Source: an uncultured Clostridia bacterium
GTDB taxonomy: Bacteria; Bacillota; Clostridia; TANB77; CAG-508
NCBI GenBank assembly: GCA_949948835.1
Contig: CATLHF010000001.1
Span: 68,962 to 132,961 of the forward strand
DNA: 64,000 nt
Direction of reading: 5' to 3'
Numbering within the stretch: the stretch's first letter is position 1; the number at the start of each line of letters is the position of its first letter. Both the position numbers and the translations under genes were made by a program. Below the pieces are notes generated by a model. That model was not told the DNA's origin. It ran no database searches and saw only the letters and a list, made by a program, of their open reading frames with translations. Of this stretch, positions 41,415 to 50,810 are shown piece after piece.

Positions 41415-42311
41415 TTATTCACTAAAATTGAACTCTGGTACGTATTCTTCTTCATGTTCTCCTAATTCTTGCATATATCCATTTTCTAAGTTTAAAGAAT
41501 ATAAATATTCTTCTACTTGCTTGTATTCTTTTTTTGTTAATTTTCGATTGATTACGCTATCTTCTTTTGCTTGATAGGTTGGAAAATATTGTGCCATAAC
41601 ACTAATATAGATATCTTGTGGCAAGTTCTCTTTTACCCATTTTAAAATATGCTTTGTATTTAATATATGATTTGGCAAAATCAGATGGCGAATAATTACT
41701 CCTTTTTGAATCATTCCATCTTCATCAAATTTAGGTGTTCCTACTTGGTTATACATTTCTTTTATTGCTTCTTTTGCTGTTTTAAAATAGTTTTTGACGT
41801 TAGAATATTTCATAGCAATATCATCTGAATAATACTTTAAATCTGGTAAATATACATCTACATATCCATTTAACAACTGAATTGTTTCTTTCTTTTCATA
41901 TCCATTCGTATTATACACAACTGGTATTGCTAATCCTTGTTTTTTAGCAATATCTAATGCTTCTATAATTTGATATACATATGATGTTGGCGTTACCAAA
42001 TTAATATTATGAGCACCTTTTTCCTGTTGTTTTAGAAATATTTCCGCTAAATGCTCTACAGTTATCTCTTTTCCTTTTCCGCACTGGCTTATCTCATAAT
42101 TTTGACAATACTTACACTTCATATTACAGTTAGTAAAAAACACAGTTCCAGAACCATTTTTTCCACTAATGCATGGCTCTTCGTAATAATGTAATGATGC
42201 CAAAGCAATCTTTAACTTATCATCACATTGGCATCTTCCTTTTTTTCCTTCTAAACGATTTACTCCACATTCGAATGGACATAATTTACAACTACTTAAC
42301 TTTTCTATCAT
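41415..42311 (-). CDS. radical SAM protein (PflX-like activase family)
   Basis: The CxxxCxxC cluster appears as TNCNMKCKYCQNYEIS. 298 aa. Confidence 0.8.
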   Translation of the reverse strand: MIEKLSSCKLCPFECGVNRLEGKKGRCQCDDKLKIALASLHYYEEPCISGKNGSGTVFFTNCNMKCKYCQNYEISQCGKGKEITVEHLAEIFLKQQEKGAHNINLVTPTSYVYQIIEALDIAKKQGLAIPVVYNTNGYEKKETIQLLNGYVDVYLPDLKYYSDDIAMKYSNVKNYFKTAKEAIKEMYNQVGTPKFDEDGMIQKGVIIRHLILPNHILNTKHILKWVKENLPQDIYISVMAQYFPTYQAKEDSVINRKLTKKEYKQVEEYLYSLNLENGYMQELGEHEEEYVPEFNFSE

Positions 42312-42316
42312 ATTTC

Positions 42317-42937
42317 TTATCTTTCCATCATACTTCTAATTTTTTCTATTACTGCTCCAAATCCAATCTCATTACTATTACTATTTCCTGGAATAATAAT
42401 ATCTGCTATTTTCTTGCATGGTTCTACATATTGTTCATGCATTGGTTTTAATGTATCTTTATATTTGGAAATAATATATTCTAGGTCTAATCCTCTTTCC
42501 TTTTGGTCTCTTTCAATTAGTCTTGTTAGCCTAATATCTGAATCTGTGTCTACAAATACTTTCATATCCATTAAATTAGTAAGTTCCTTATTTTCTAATA
42601 CTAGTATTCCTTCTATTACAATAATTGGTGCTGGCTCCACACTAACTGTTTGTTCTTCTCTAAGTCTAGTTGTATATGAATAAATTGGTCTTTTAATTGT
42701 TTTTCCTTCTAATAATGTTTTTATATCTTTTACTAATAAGTCTGTTTCATACGCCTCTGGACAATCGTAATTTCTCTTTAATCTTTCTTCAAATGTAATG
42801 TTACTTAAACTTTTATAATAAAAGTCATGTGATAAAATAATTGCATTATCTTTAAATTCTTCTTTTATTTTAGATGCTAGTGTTGTTTTCCCAGATGCAG
42901 TACCTCCTGCAATTCCTATTATAATTGGTTTTTTCAT
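42317..42937 (-). CDS. udk: uridine kinase
   Basis: The P-loop is IIGIAGGTASGKTT, with Udk-like length and pattern. Confidence 0.9.
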   Translation of the reverse strand: MKKPIIIGIAGGTASGKTTLASKIKEEFKDNAIILSHDFYYKSLSNITFEERLKRNYDCPEAYETDLLVKDIKTLLEGKTIKRPIYSYTTRLREEQTVSVEPAPIIVIEGILVLENKELTNLMDMKVFVDTDSDIRLTRLIERDQKERGLDLEYIISKYKDTLKPMHEQYVEPCKKIADIIIPGNSNSNEIGFGAVIEKIRSMMER

Positions 42938-42954
42938 AAGTTTATCTCCTTTTA

Positions 42955-43863
42955 CTATTCTCCTATTTCAAATCCTTCTTCTTTGGAAGGTTGTCTTTCA
43001 TTTCCTAATCCTCTATATAAAACATTCATCATTCTTCCTACTCCACCGTTGTTATTATCTACTGGAGTAATAAAATCTGCAACTTCTTTTAATTTCTCTG
43101 TAGCATTTTTCATTGCAATTTTTAATCCTGCTGTTTGAAGCATTTCAATATCATTTCCACCATCACCAACAGCAATAATCTCTTCTTTCTTTATTCCTAA
43201 ACGATTTGCTAGCACTTCAATAGCACTTGCTTTTGTAACTCCTTGTCTCATAATATCATGGTAGCATAATGTTTCAATTCTTCCATCAATTTCAGGTGTT
43301 GTTCTTGTACATTGTCCTGAAATTTGAATTCCTGAAATCTTTTCTAATTCATCAAAGCAAGCTTCTAATTCTTCTTTTGTCCCATTAACAGCAAATAATG
43401 GAATAGAATCTTGTATATTAGAAATATAATCTTCCAAATCATTTTGATAGTTAAATGGCACCCCCATATTATCATACATTGGGTCAATGACACGTCTATA
43501 AGAATATTTAGCATCTGCCACTTCACATTTCGTAGTCATAAATTCATATTCCAAGTTATTTTTCTTACATACCTCTACTAATTCTCTAATTTGTTCTTGA
43601 GATAATGATTGGTTGATGATATATTCTTCTTTTTGAATATCCATTAAAATCGCCCCATTAGTAGCAATAATATAACTTTGAAAAGCATCTCCACCTTTGT
43701 CAGCAATATATCTTGCTACTTCTAATGGTCTTGCTGTTGCAATTACTGGGACAACTCCAAAATCTTTATTTAGCTTATTTATCGCTTCTATATTTTTCTC
43801 AGGTATTTCTTTATAATCGTCAAGTAATGTTCCATCTAAGTCAAGTACTAACATTTTATACAT
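42955..43863 (-). CDS. Cof-type HAD-IIB phosphatase
   Basis: LVLDLDGTLL...VGDGGNDIEML. 302 aa. Confidence 0.85.
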   Translation of the reverse strand: MYKMLVLDLDGTLLDDYKEIPEKNIEAINKLNKDFGVVPVIATARPLEVARYIADKGGDAFQSYIIATNGAILMDIQKEEYIINQSLSQEQIRELVEVCKKNNLEYEFMTTKCEVADAKYSYRRVIDPMYDNMGVPFNYQNDLEDYISNIQDSIPLFAVNGTKEELEACFDELEKISGIQISGQCTRTTPEIDGRIETLCYHDIMRQGVTKASAIEVLANRLGIKKEEIIAVGDGGNDIEMLQTAGLKIAMKNATEKLKEVADFITPVDNNNGGVGRMMNVLYRGLGNERQPSKEEGFEIGE

Positions 43864-43962
43864 TTTTATTTCTCCTTTTTTACATTATGTTTCTATTATA
43901 TATTTTTTTGCTACGCTTGTCAATGGATTATGTCTATTAATTACGCAATATAAAAGCAGGAA

Positions 43963-44503
43963 CTATATTTCAGTTCCTGCCTTGTTTTCTTTCCTTTTTA
44001 TATCATGTCGAATTATTCCTATTACACAAGAAATAATAATAATGCATTCTGTAATCATTCCTGTATATGCTCCAATAATTATATCATAAACAATCCACAT
44101 AGCACTAATTCCTGCTTCTCCTATTCTCATCCATTTTGGATTTTCTTGCCAAGAAACAATCGTCCATATGATAACTGCTACAATTGGAATTAAACTTATC
44201 AAATTTTCATAAGTAAAAATTCCAGCTAATACGAGAAGAATAATAAAAATAAGTAACACAATTAAATTTGGTTTGAATTTCTTTTTATCTAATATATAGT
44301 AGGTAATATTGCGTATCGTTCCAATAATGAAAGTAACTCCTCCGTGAAATTCCGCCTAAAAAAGCGTACTCTAACATATATGCTACATTTGATGCAATTT
44401 GCATTCCTAAAATACTACTTTTCTTTTTAAACTGCATACTTAGCGTTGTTAGTGTAAATGCTACAACTGCTAGGATTTGTGCTAATATAAATAAAACATC
44501 CAT
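43963..44503 (-). pseudogene. YgjV-family membrane protein gene split by a frameshift
   Basis: The N-half ORF (MDVLFILAQILAVV...LEYAFLGG) and the C-half ORF 43963..44259 are in different frames. The alternative frame across 44260-44350 reads EFHGGVTFIIGTIRNITYYILDKKKFKPNLIVLLIF... and joins them. Confidence 0.6.
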
Positions 44504-44595
44504 CGTTACCTCTCCTTTGTAGCAATATTTTATCATAAGTATACATATAATGCTAGTATTTTATAAAAAATAGGTAGTAAATATACTACCCATTT

Positions 44596-45054
44596 TTATT
44601 TATTTAACAAATAAATTCCAAAATTTAAATACGTTGCAAATACAGTCCAAATAACATATGGAACTTGTAATAATCCGGCTATTTTATCTTTTTTATAGAA
44701 TTTTATTGCCATTAGAATAACTAATACTACCAATAATAAAATCCAGAAAAATGAAAATAGTCTCCATTTGAATACAAAAAAGAAAATTGGCCATAATGCA
44801 TTTACTACTAGTTGTAAGTAATAAATAAATGATATGTTGTTATCAACAAGTGCTTTTTCTTTTAACCTGCCATAAGATACTCCCATTAAAATGTATAAAA
44901 TTGTCCATACAATTGGGAATACTAAACTAGGTGGCGATAAAAAAGGCTTTTGTAATGAATTGTAATCCATAGATCCTGAAATAAGAAATCCAACGATTCC
45001 TCCTACAATAACAGGTAGCAAAATGGATTTTACATATGTCTTTAATTTTTCCAT
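44596..45054 (-). CDS. tspO: TspO/MBR family tryptophan-rich sensory protein
   Basis: PSLVFPIVWTILYILMGVS...ALWPIFFF...WTVFATYLN, with five TM segments. Confidence 0.85.
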   Translation of the reverse strand: MEKLKTYVKSILLPVIVGGIVGFLISGSMDYNSLQKPFLSPPSLVFPIVWTILYILMGVSYGRLKEKALVDNNISFIYYLQLVVNALWPIFFFVFKWRLFSFFWILLLVVLVILMAIKFYKKDKIAGLLQVPYVIWTVFATYLNFGIYLLNK

Positions 45055-45166
45055 ATTTTCACCTCTTATCACATTGTATGGATTTTATTGGAAAATATAC
45101 AAAATTTGTTATCTTATTGCTTTTTCAAGGTCTTTATTTTCTTTTTCCAATTGTTTTAAACTCTTT

Positions 45167-45949
45167 TTAGGTGTTGGTAAATCTTCTGGCATCGTTCCGA
45201 CCTGCTTGTTTAATTGCTTTTTTAACAATTTTTCCAATTTTGTTATGTGTGTCACAAGCTTTCTTTTCAGTATCAACTTTATCTCTTTTTAATCTTGATT
45301 CAGTTTGCGTAATACGAAATAGATTAGCTGCAAGTTCTTCACTTCCCATATTATCCAAAATATCTTCTCTATATCTTAATCCTTTTCTTTTAGCAATGTC
45401 ATCAGCAGTTTCTCCATTATATAGACCTTTATATCCCTCATTATGAAACCTATCAAAATTTTTAACTCCTGCATTTTTAGCAGTTTGATTAAGTGAGTAA
45501 TTACCTTTCTTTGTTAAATTTCTTTGATAAAATCTCTTTTCATCTTCTGTTAACGAGCTATATTCTTTTTCACTAATTTCTTGCTTTCTCGTTTGAATTG
45601 CAAAATATGTTTGTGCAAGAGCAATAACTTTTTTCCTAGTATCACCGTTTTGTGCTATTAAATAACATGCATAACGTGTCAATTTATAGTCTGTAATGTT
45701 CTTTGTTGCACCTTTAGGCATTTTTATCGTTTTGTCGACGTCGACAAAATGCTCAAATGCACTAATTCCACTGTTTTTACAAGATTCTTTTGCTTTCTGT
45801 ATTACTCCTTCAAATTTTCGCCATTCCTTATAGCTTAAAACAATTTGTAGCTCTCTTGCATACCAATATTCAATTCCATTTTCGTCAATGTGTTTAATGT
45901 CTTCAAAAGTTTGGTTGTTACAATTTTTCTCTTTTTCTAGTTTATCCAT
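45167..45949 (-). CDS. dinD: DNA damage-inducible protein D-like (DinD / Bro-N-like N-terminus)
   Basis: 260 aa reading ...IEYWYARELQIVLSYKEWRKFEGVIQKAKESC...YKLTRYACYLIAQNGD... Confidence 0.55.
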   Translation of the reverse strand: MDKLEKEKNCNNQTFEDIKHIDENGIEYWYARELQIVLSYKEWRKFEGVIQKAKESCKNSGISAFEHFVDVDKTIKMPKGATKNITDYKLTRYACYLIAQNGDTRKKVIALAQTYFAIQTRKQEISEKEYSSLTEDEKRFYQRNLTKKGNYSLNQTAKNAGVKNFDRFHNEGYKGLYNGETADDIAKRKGLRYREDILDNMGSEELAANLFRITQTESRLKRDKVDTEKKACDTHNKIGKIVKKAIKQAGRNDARRFTNT

Positions 45950-46095
45950 ATAAAACCATCTCTTTTGTGTTTTGTCTTTTTGTTATTATATATAAGCGTT
46001 ATAATAATTGCAATAGTTTTTACGAAAATTTGTTTTAAAATTCATAGATAAAAACTCCTTGAAATAAAATTTGATTTTGAAATAAATGTAATGAA

Positions 46096-46128
46096 TAGTA
46101 AAAGCCACAACCGTATAGTTGTGGCTTT
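46096..46128 (-). terminator. terminator of the tRNA operon
   Basis: The minus strand reads AAAAGCCACAA-CTATACGG-TTGTGGCTTTT immediately after the CCA end of tRNA-Tyr. Confidence 0.7.
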
Positions 46129-46433
46129 TGGTGGACAGGGAAGGATTCGAACCTTCGTACTCGTATGAGAACAGATTTCTTACTACTATAGTTTTCACTA
46201 CCAATTTCTTGTTTGTAGTCTGGACTTTCTCTTTATCTTTTTTAAGATACCAGGTATAAAGTCTCTACACTCGGAAATTTCTTTCCTAGCTCGGGATTAT
46301 CATCAACTTAACTTGCTAAGACTTCCCCGAATTAGCCCGGTTTTCACCACAAAATCACTTTTGTGGGCTGCAATTTCTGCTTTTTTAAGCAAAGCATACA
46401 GTCTGCCGCCTTTAGCCACTCGGCCACCTGTCC
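46129..46433 (-). tRNA. tRNA-Tyr(GUA), type II long variable arm, encoded CCA, interrupted by a 219-nt intron
   Basis: Exon 1 (46433->46398) is GGACAGG TG GCC GAGTGGCTAAA GGC G GCAGA CTGT. Exon 2 (46178->46129) is AAA TCTGT TCTCATACGAGTAC GAAGG TTCGAAT CCTTC CCTGTCC A CCA. Joined, they give an 86-nt cloverleaf with the loop CUGUAAA. Confidence 0.85.
46179..46397 (-). ncRNA. group I intron (small, ORF-less) inserted between anticodon nt 35 and 36
   Basis: It follows a U and ends in G. It carries a GCAG guide; P2 CCACAAAA-GTGA-TTTTGTGG; P3 ACCGGG/CCTGGT; P4 TTCGGGG/TCCCGAG; P6 GGAAA-GAAA-TTTCC; P7 G-A(bulge)-GAC/GTCC; P8 ATCTT-AAAA-AAGAT; and an A-rich J8/7. Confidence 0.8.
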
Positions 46434-46449
46434 ATATTTAGTTAATAAA

Positions 46450-46526
46450 TGGTGCGCCCTCAAGGATTCGAACCTTGGACCCACCGGTTATGAGCCGGTT
46501 GCTCTGACCAACTGAGCTAAGGGCGC
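46450..46526 (-). tRNA. tRNA with CAU anticodon (elongator Met or lysidine-modified Ile2; not an initiator)
   Basis: GCGCCCT TA GCTC AGTTGGTCA GAGC A ACCGG CTCATAA CCGGT GGGTC CAAGG TTCGAAT CCTTG AGGGCGC A CCA. G1-C72 is paired and there is no GGG/CCC anticodon stem. Confidence 0.9.
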
Positions 46527-46539
46527 GTGTCAAGTTGGT

Positions 46540-46613
<74 letters not shown>

Positions 46614-46636
46614 ATCTCTTCTACCGACATTTATAA

Positions 46637-46665
46637 ATTATAAGGGTTATTAAATTGTTTGTCAA
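46637..46665 (-). promoter_or_regulatory. consensus sigma-A promoter of the tRNA operon
   Basis: The minus strand reads TTGACA-aacaatttaataaccct(17)-TATAAT, about 24 nt upstream of tRNA-Gly. Confidence 0.7.
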
Positions 46666-46769
46666 TACTTTTTTAAAAGTTTTTTATATCTTTTTTTCGA
46701 TATTAATTTACATTTTGCGTAGAATAATATAGAATACATATATAATATATGAATAAAGGAAGATTACTT

Positions 46770-47228
46770 ATGTACAATTATGTTTCAAACTCAGAAAACG
46801 ATACAATGACTCTTGCTTATAATTTAGCAAGTAAATTACATAATGGTGATATTGTTGTTTTATCTGGTGATTTAGGTTCTGGTAAAACAAAATTTACGGA
46901 AGGCTTTTTATCTTATTTTGGACTTGAAGACGAAATTTCTAGCCCAACGTTTACGATTGTAAACGAATACCAAAAAAATAGTACAAATATTTATCATTTC
47001 GATGTATATCGCCTATCTTCAAGTGATGAATTTTATGCCATTGGTGGTGAACAATATTTTGAAAATGGTATTTGTATTATTGAATGGGGTGAACAAATTA
47101 AAGATGTTCTACCAAAGGAATATTTACATATTATGTTTGAACGAGATTTAGAGCATGAATCAAAACGAGTTTTAAACATACAACCATATGGTGAAAAATA
47201 TCAAAAATTAATAAAGGAGTTACTATGA
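46770..47228 (+). CDS. tsaE: tRNA t6A37 biosynthesis ATPase TsaE
   Basis: GDLGSGKTKFTEGF...SPTFTIVNEY...YHFDVYRL. The start is set at ATG 46770, behind an AAGGAAG RBS. Confidence 0.9.
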   Translation: MYNYVSNSENDTMTLAYNLASKLHNGDIVVLSGDLGSGKTKFTEGFLSYFGLEDEISSPTFTIVNEYQKNSTNIYHFDVYRLSSSDEFYAIGGEQYFENGICIIEWGEQIKDVLPKEYLHIMFERDLEHESKRVLNIQPYGEKYQKLIKELL

Positions 47229-47917
47229 AAATTTTAAGTATCAATACTTCTTCTAATATATGCTCTGCTGCTATTTTAGAAGATACTAATTTAATAAAAG
47301 AAATCACAATTGATGATGCTAATACCCATTCGATAAAATTAATGCCCTTAATTGATGAGCTATTTCGTAAAACGAATTTATCCATTTCAGATATTGATTT
47401 ATTTGCTTGTGACAAAGGTCCTGGTTCTTTTACTGGTATTCGTATTGGCATTTCTACCATAAAAGCATTTTGTGATGTAACATTAAAACCAAGTGTTGGC
47501 ATTAGCTCTCTTACATCTCTTGCCTACTCTTCCAATTATGAAGGTCTAATTTGTTCTTTAATTGATGCAAAAAATGATAATGTCTACTATGGATTATTTG
47601 AACATAAAAACGGAATTTATACACAAGTTGGAGAATTTTTAGCAGATACCATTTACAATATTACAGAAATATTAAAAGTTTGTAACAAACCCGTCTTTTT
47701 TGTCGGAAATGGTAGCACGATTTATCAAGATGTGTTAAAATCAAATTTGGATAAAAATGCCATTATTGAAAATAATTTAGATTATATAAATTTAAATGCT
47801 TATCATACAGGAAGAGTTGCATTTGATGCGTTTTCTAAAAATGAAATTTCACCTATTTCCCCTCTTTACTTAAAAAAATCAAATGCTGAAAGAGAATTGG
47901 AGGAAAAACGTAAATGA
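47225..47917 (+). CDS. tsaB: tRNA t6A37 biosynthesis protein TsaB
   Basis: MKILSINTSS...CDKGPGSFTGIRIGIST. It overlaps the tsaE stop by 4 nt. Confidence 0.9.
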   Translation: MKILSINTSSNICSAAILEDTNLIKEITIDDANTHSIKLMPLIDELFRKTNLSISDIDLFACDKGPGSFTGIRIGISTIKAFCDVTLKPSVGISSLTSLAYSSNYEGLICSLIDAKNDNVYYGLFEHKNGIYTQVGEFLADTIYNITEILKVCNKPVFFVGNGSTIYQDVLKSNLDKNAIIENNLDYINLNAYHTGRVAFDAFSKNEISPISPLYLKKSNAERELEEKRK

Positions 47918-48348
47918 TACAAATTCGTCCTATGACAATTTCCGATTTAGATAATATGAAAGACATATTAATACAGGATTTTGATGACTTTTGGAATTAC
48001 AATATATTTAAATCTGAATTAGAAAATCCAAACTCTGAATATTTTATTGCTATAGAAAATGATGAAATTGTTGGTTTTGGTGGTATTTGGATTAGCGTTG
48101 ATGATATTCATATCACTAATATTGTAACCAAAAAATCTTATAGAAATCATGGAATCGGAACAAAATTATTAGAACATTTAATAAAAATATCTAAAGAAAA
48201 AGAATTATCTTCTCTTACTTTAGAAGTAAATGAAAAAAACGAACCTGCTATTAAATTATATGAGAAACATCATTTTCAAAAAATTGGACAAAGGAAGAAT
48301 TATTATAATCAAAATGAGAATGCTATTATTATGACATACTATTTTTAG
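47914..48348 (+). CDS. rimI: ribosomal-protein-alanine N-acetyltransferase
   Basis: A GNAT fold (...ITNIVTKKSYRNHGIGTKLLEHL...). It overlaps the tsaB stop by 4 nt. Confidence 0.85.
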   Translation: MIQIRPMTISDLDNMKDILIQDFDDFWNYNIFKSELENPNSEYFIAIENDEIVGFGGIWISVDDIHITNIVTKKSYRNHGIGTKLLEHLIKISKEKELSSLTLEVNEKNEPAIKLYEKHHFQKIGQRKNYYNQNENAIIMTYYF

Positions 48349-48369
48349 TAATATAAAGGAGAAAAACAA

Positions 48370-50754
48370 ATGAAAAAAAATGAATTAAATTACAAACAAC
48401 TAAAAGATTACTGTAATCCAAGTATTTTTAATTTTAGTGATACTTCTGAAATCGAATCCATTCACACAGGAATTGGTCAAGAAAGAGGAATTAAAGCACT
48501 TGAATTTGGAATTAGTGTAGATGTAAAAGGATATAACTTATACTTAGAAGGTCCAGATGGTGTTGGAAAAACCATGTATACCAAAAACTACTTAAATAAA
48601 ATTTCGAAAAAAGAAAAAACGCCTTCTGATTGGTGTTATATCTATAATTTTGATAATCCAAATGAACCTGTTGCTGTTTCATTACATGCAGGACAAGGTA
48701 AAGAATTTAAAGAAGATATGGATGGTTTTATTAAAGATATTAAGGTAGATATTAATAAAACCTTTAGTAACGAGGATTTTGAAAAGGAAAAATCCTTAAT
48801 TAAGCAAGAATTTGAGCAAAAACGTTCTTCTCTTTTAGAAAAATTAAACCAAGAATCTATGAAATATGGTTTCCAAGTAAAAACGGCTCAAAATGGTATC
48901 TATATGATGCCTGTTATTGATGGAAAAACTATTGAAGAAGAAGAATTTGAAAAATTAGATGAAAACATAAAAAAAGAATTTGAAAGCAAATCTGGTATTG
49001 TCCAAGAGCAAATTCTAACTGCCATTGCTGAAATAAAAGCAATTGAAAAAGCATCGGATAAGAAAATTGAGGAATGGCAATCCAATATTGCCCTACTTAC
49101 GATTAATACTCATGTTAATTATATTAAATCAAAATATAAGCGAAATAAGAAAATTAATAAGTTTTTAGATAATGTAAAAAAAGATATTCTAAAAAATGTA
49201 CCATTATTTTTAGAGCAACCTAACAATAATCAAAATCAACAACCTCAGCCAGGTCCAAGACAGGAGCCAAAACAACCATGGCTTAATTATCGTGTTAATT
49301 TGTTTATTGATAATAGTGAATTAGAAGGTTCTCCTGTTATTATGGATTCTAACTATTCTTATCACAACTTATTTGGAAAATTGGAATATGAAAACTATTA
49401 TGGTGCTTTAAAAACAGATTATACCATGTTACAACCAGGTTTGTTACACCGTGCTAATGGTGGTTATATTATCTTACAAGCAAAAGATTTATTGTCGAAT
49501 TCTTTATGTTATGAAGCCTTAAAAAAAGCATTACGTATTAAAGAACTAAATATTGAAAATGCCGTTGACCAACGTAGCTCTATGGTTATGGTTTCTTTAA
49601 AACCAGAGCCAATTCCACTAGATCTAAAAGTTATTTTAATTGGAAGTTCTAACATTTACCATACTCTACTTGCTATGGATTCCGATTTTAAAAAGCTATT
49701 TAAAGTAAAAGTAGAATTTGAAGATGATGCGCCAAAGAATGAAGAAAATGAATTAAAACTTGCTCGCTTTATTCATGGTTTTTGTGAACAAGAAGAATTA
49801 CCACCTCTTGATGCTGGTGCTGTTGCAAAAATGGTAGAATATTCTTCGAAACTTGCTAATAGTAAGAAAAAGCTATCTACAAGGTTTAATGATCTTTCTG
49901 AAATTGTTGCAGAAGCATGTACTTGGGCAAAACTTTCAAAAGCAAAAGTAGTAACTGCTGATTTTATTACCAAGACATTAGAAGAACGTATTGATCGTGT
50001 AAAAAAATACGATTCTAAATATACTGAAATGATTCGTGAAAACACTTTATTAATTAGTACTTCTGGGTTTAAGGTTGGTCAAATTAATGGTTTAACTGTT
50101 ATGACAATTGGAGATTATTCTTTTGGAAAACCTTCTAAAATAACTGTAAACACCTATACTGGCAAATCTGGTATTATTAATATTGAACGTGAAGTTGAAC
50201 TTTCTGGTTCTTCTCATTCAAAAGGTGTATATATTTTAAGTGGATATTTAGGAGAAATGTTTGCACAAGATATTCCGTTATCATTAACGGCAAGTATTTG
50301 TTTTGAACAATTATATAATGGAGTTGATGGTGATAGTGCATCTAGTACCGAATTATATGCCCTACTTTCTAGTTTGTCTGGTGTACCAATTAATCAATCC
50401 ATTGCAGTTACAGGATCTGTTAACCAAAAAGGTGAAATTCAACCAATTGGTGGAGTAAATGAAAAAATAGAAGGATTTTATCAAATTTGTAAAATGAGAG
50501 GATTAGACGGTTCTCATGGTGTTATGATACCAGTTCAAAATATCGATAACTTAAGCCTTTCTGATGAAATTGTTGATGCATGTAAAAATAATAAATTCCA
50601 CATTTATGCTGTTTCTTCGATTGAAGAAGGAATTGAAGTATTAACAGGTGTTCCTGCTGGTAAGAAAGATAAAAATGGACATTTTTCATCAGGAACTGTA
50701 AATGCATTAGTTTATGAAAAATTAAAAAAATATGCTGAAGTAAGTAGTAAATAG
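48370..50754 (+). CDS. Lon-family protease with a long coiled-coil insertion in the AAA+ module (LonC-like)
   Basis: Walker A is LEGPDGVGKT, followed by a K/E-rich coiled insertion of ~200 aa. The C-terminal S16-like domain carries GVDGDSASS (Ser) and GGVNEKIEG (Lys). Confidence 0.8.
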   Translation: MKKNELNYKQLKDYCNPSIFNFSDTSEIESIHTGIGQERGIKALEFGISVDVKGYNLYLEGPDGVGKTMYTKNYLNKISKKEKTPSDWCYIYNFDNPNEPVAVSLHAGQGKEFKEDMDGFIKDIKVDINKTFSNEDFEKEKSLIKQEFEQKRSSLLEKLNQESMKYGFQVKTAQNGIYMMPVIDGKTIEEEEFEKLDENIKKEFESKSGIVQEQILTAIAEIKAIEKASDKKIEEWQSNIALLTINTHVNYIKSKYKRNKKINKFLDNVKKDILKNVPLFLEQPNNNQNQQPQPGPRQEPKQPWLNYRVNLFIDNSELEGSPVIMDSNYSYHNLFGKLEYENYYGALKTDYTMLQPGLLHRANGGYIILQAKDLLSNSLCYEALKKALRIKELNIENAVDQRSSMVMVSLKPEPIPLDLKVILIGSSNIYHTLLAMDSDFKKLFKVKVEFEDDAPKNEENELKLARFIHGFCEQEELPPLDAGAVAKMVEYSSKLANSKKKLSTRFNDLSEIVAEACTWAKLSKAKVVTADFITKTLEERIDRVKKYDSKYTEMIRENTLLISTSGFKVGQINGLTVMTIGDYSFGKPSKITVNTYTGKSGIINIEREVELSGSSHSKGVYILSGYLGEMFAQDIPLSLTASICFEQLYNGVDGDSASSTELYALLSSLSGVPINQSIAVTGSVNQKGEIQPIGGVNEKIEGFYQICKMRGLDGSHGVMIPVQNIDNLSLSDEIVDACKNNKFHIYAVSSIEEGIEVLTGVPAGKKDKNGHFSSGTVNALVYEKLKKYAEVSSK

Positions 50755-50776
50755 TAAATAGTAAATAAAAAGAATT

Positions 50777-50803
50777 GGAGCTGAAAGTAAAACTTTCAGC
50801 TCC
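50777..50803. terminator. bidirectional terminator hairpin
   Basis: ggagctgaaagt-aaa-actttcagctcc. Confidence 0.65.
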
Positions 50804-50810
50804 TTGTTGC

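Noticed and set aside
45167-46130. dinD-like gene next to the tRNA cluster, considered as the edge of an integrated element
   Set aside because: No integrase, no att-like duplication of the tRNA 3' end and no phage genes were found. Composition matches the backbone.
45986-46204. 72-aa ORF in the track (minus strand)
   Set aside because: It overlaps the 3' exon and intron of the tRNA-Tyr gene and the operon terminator. It has no RBS and is an artefact of ORF calling over structured RNA.
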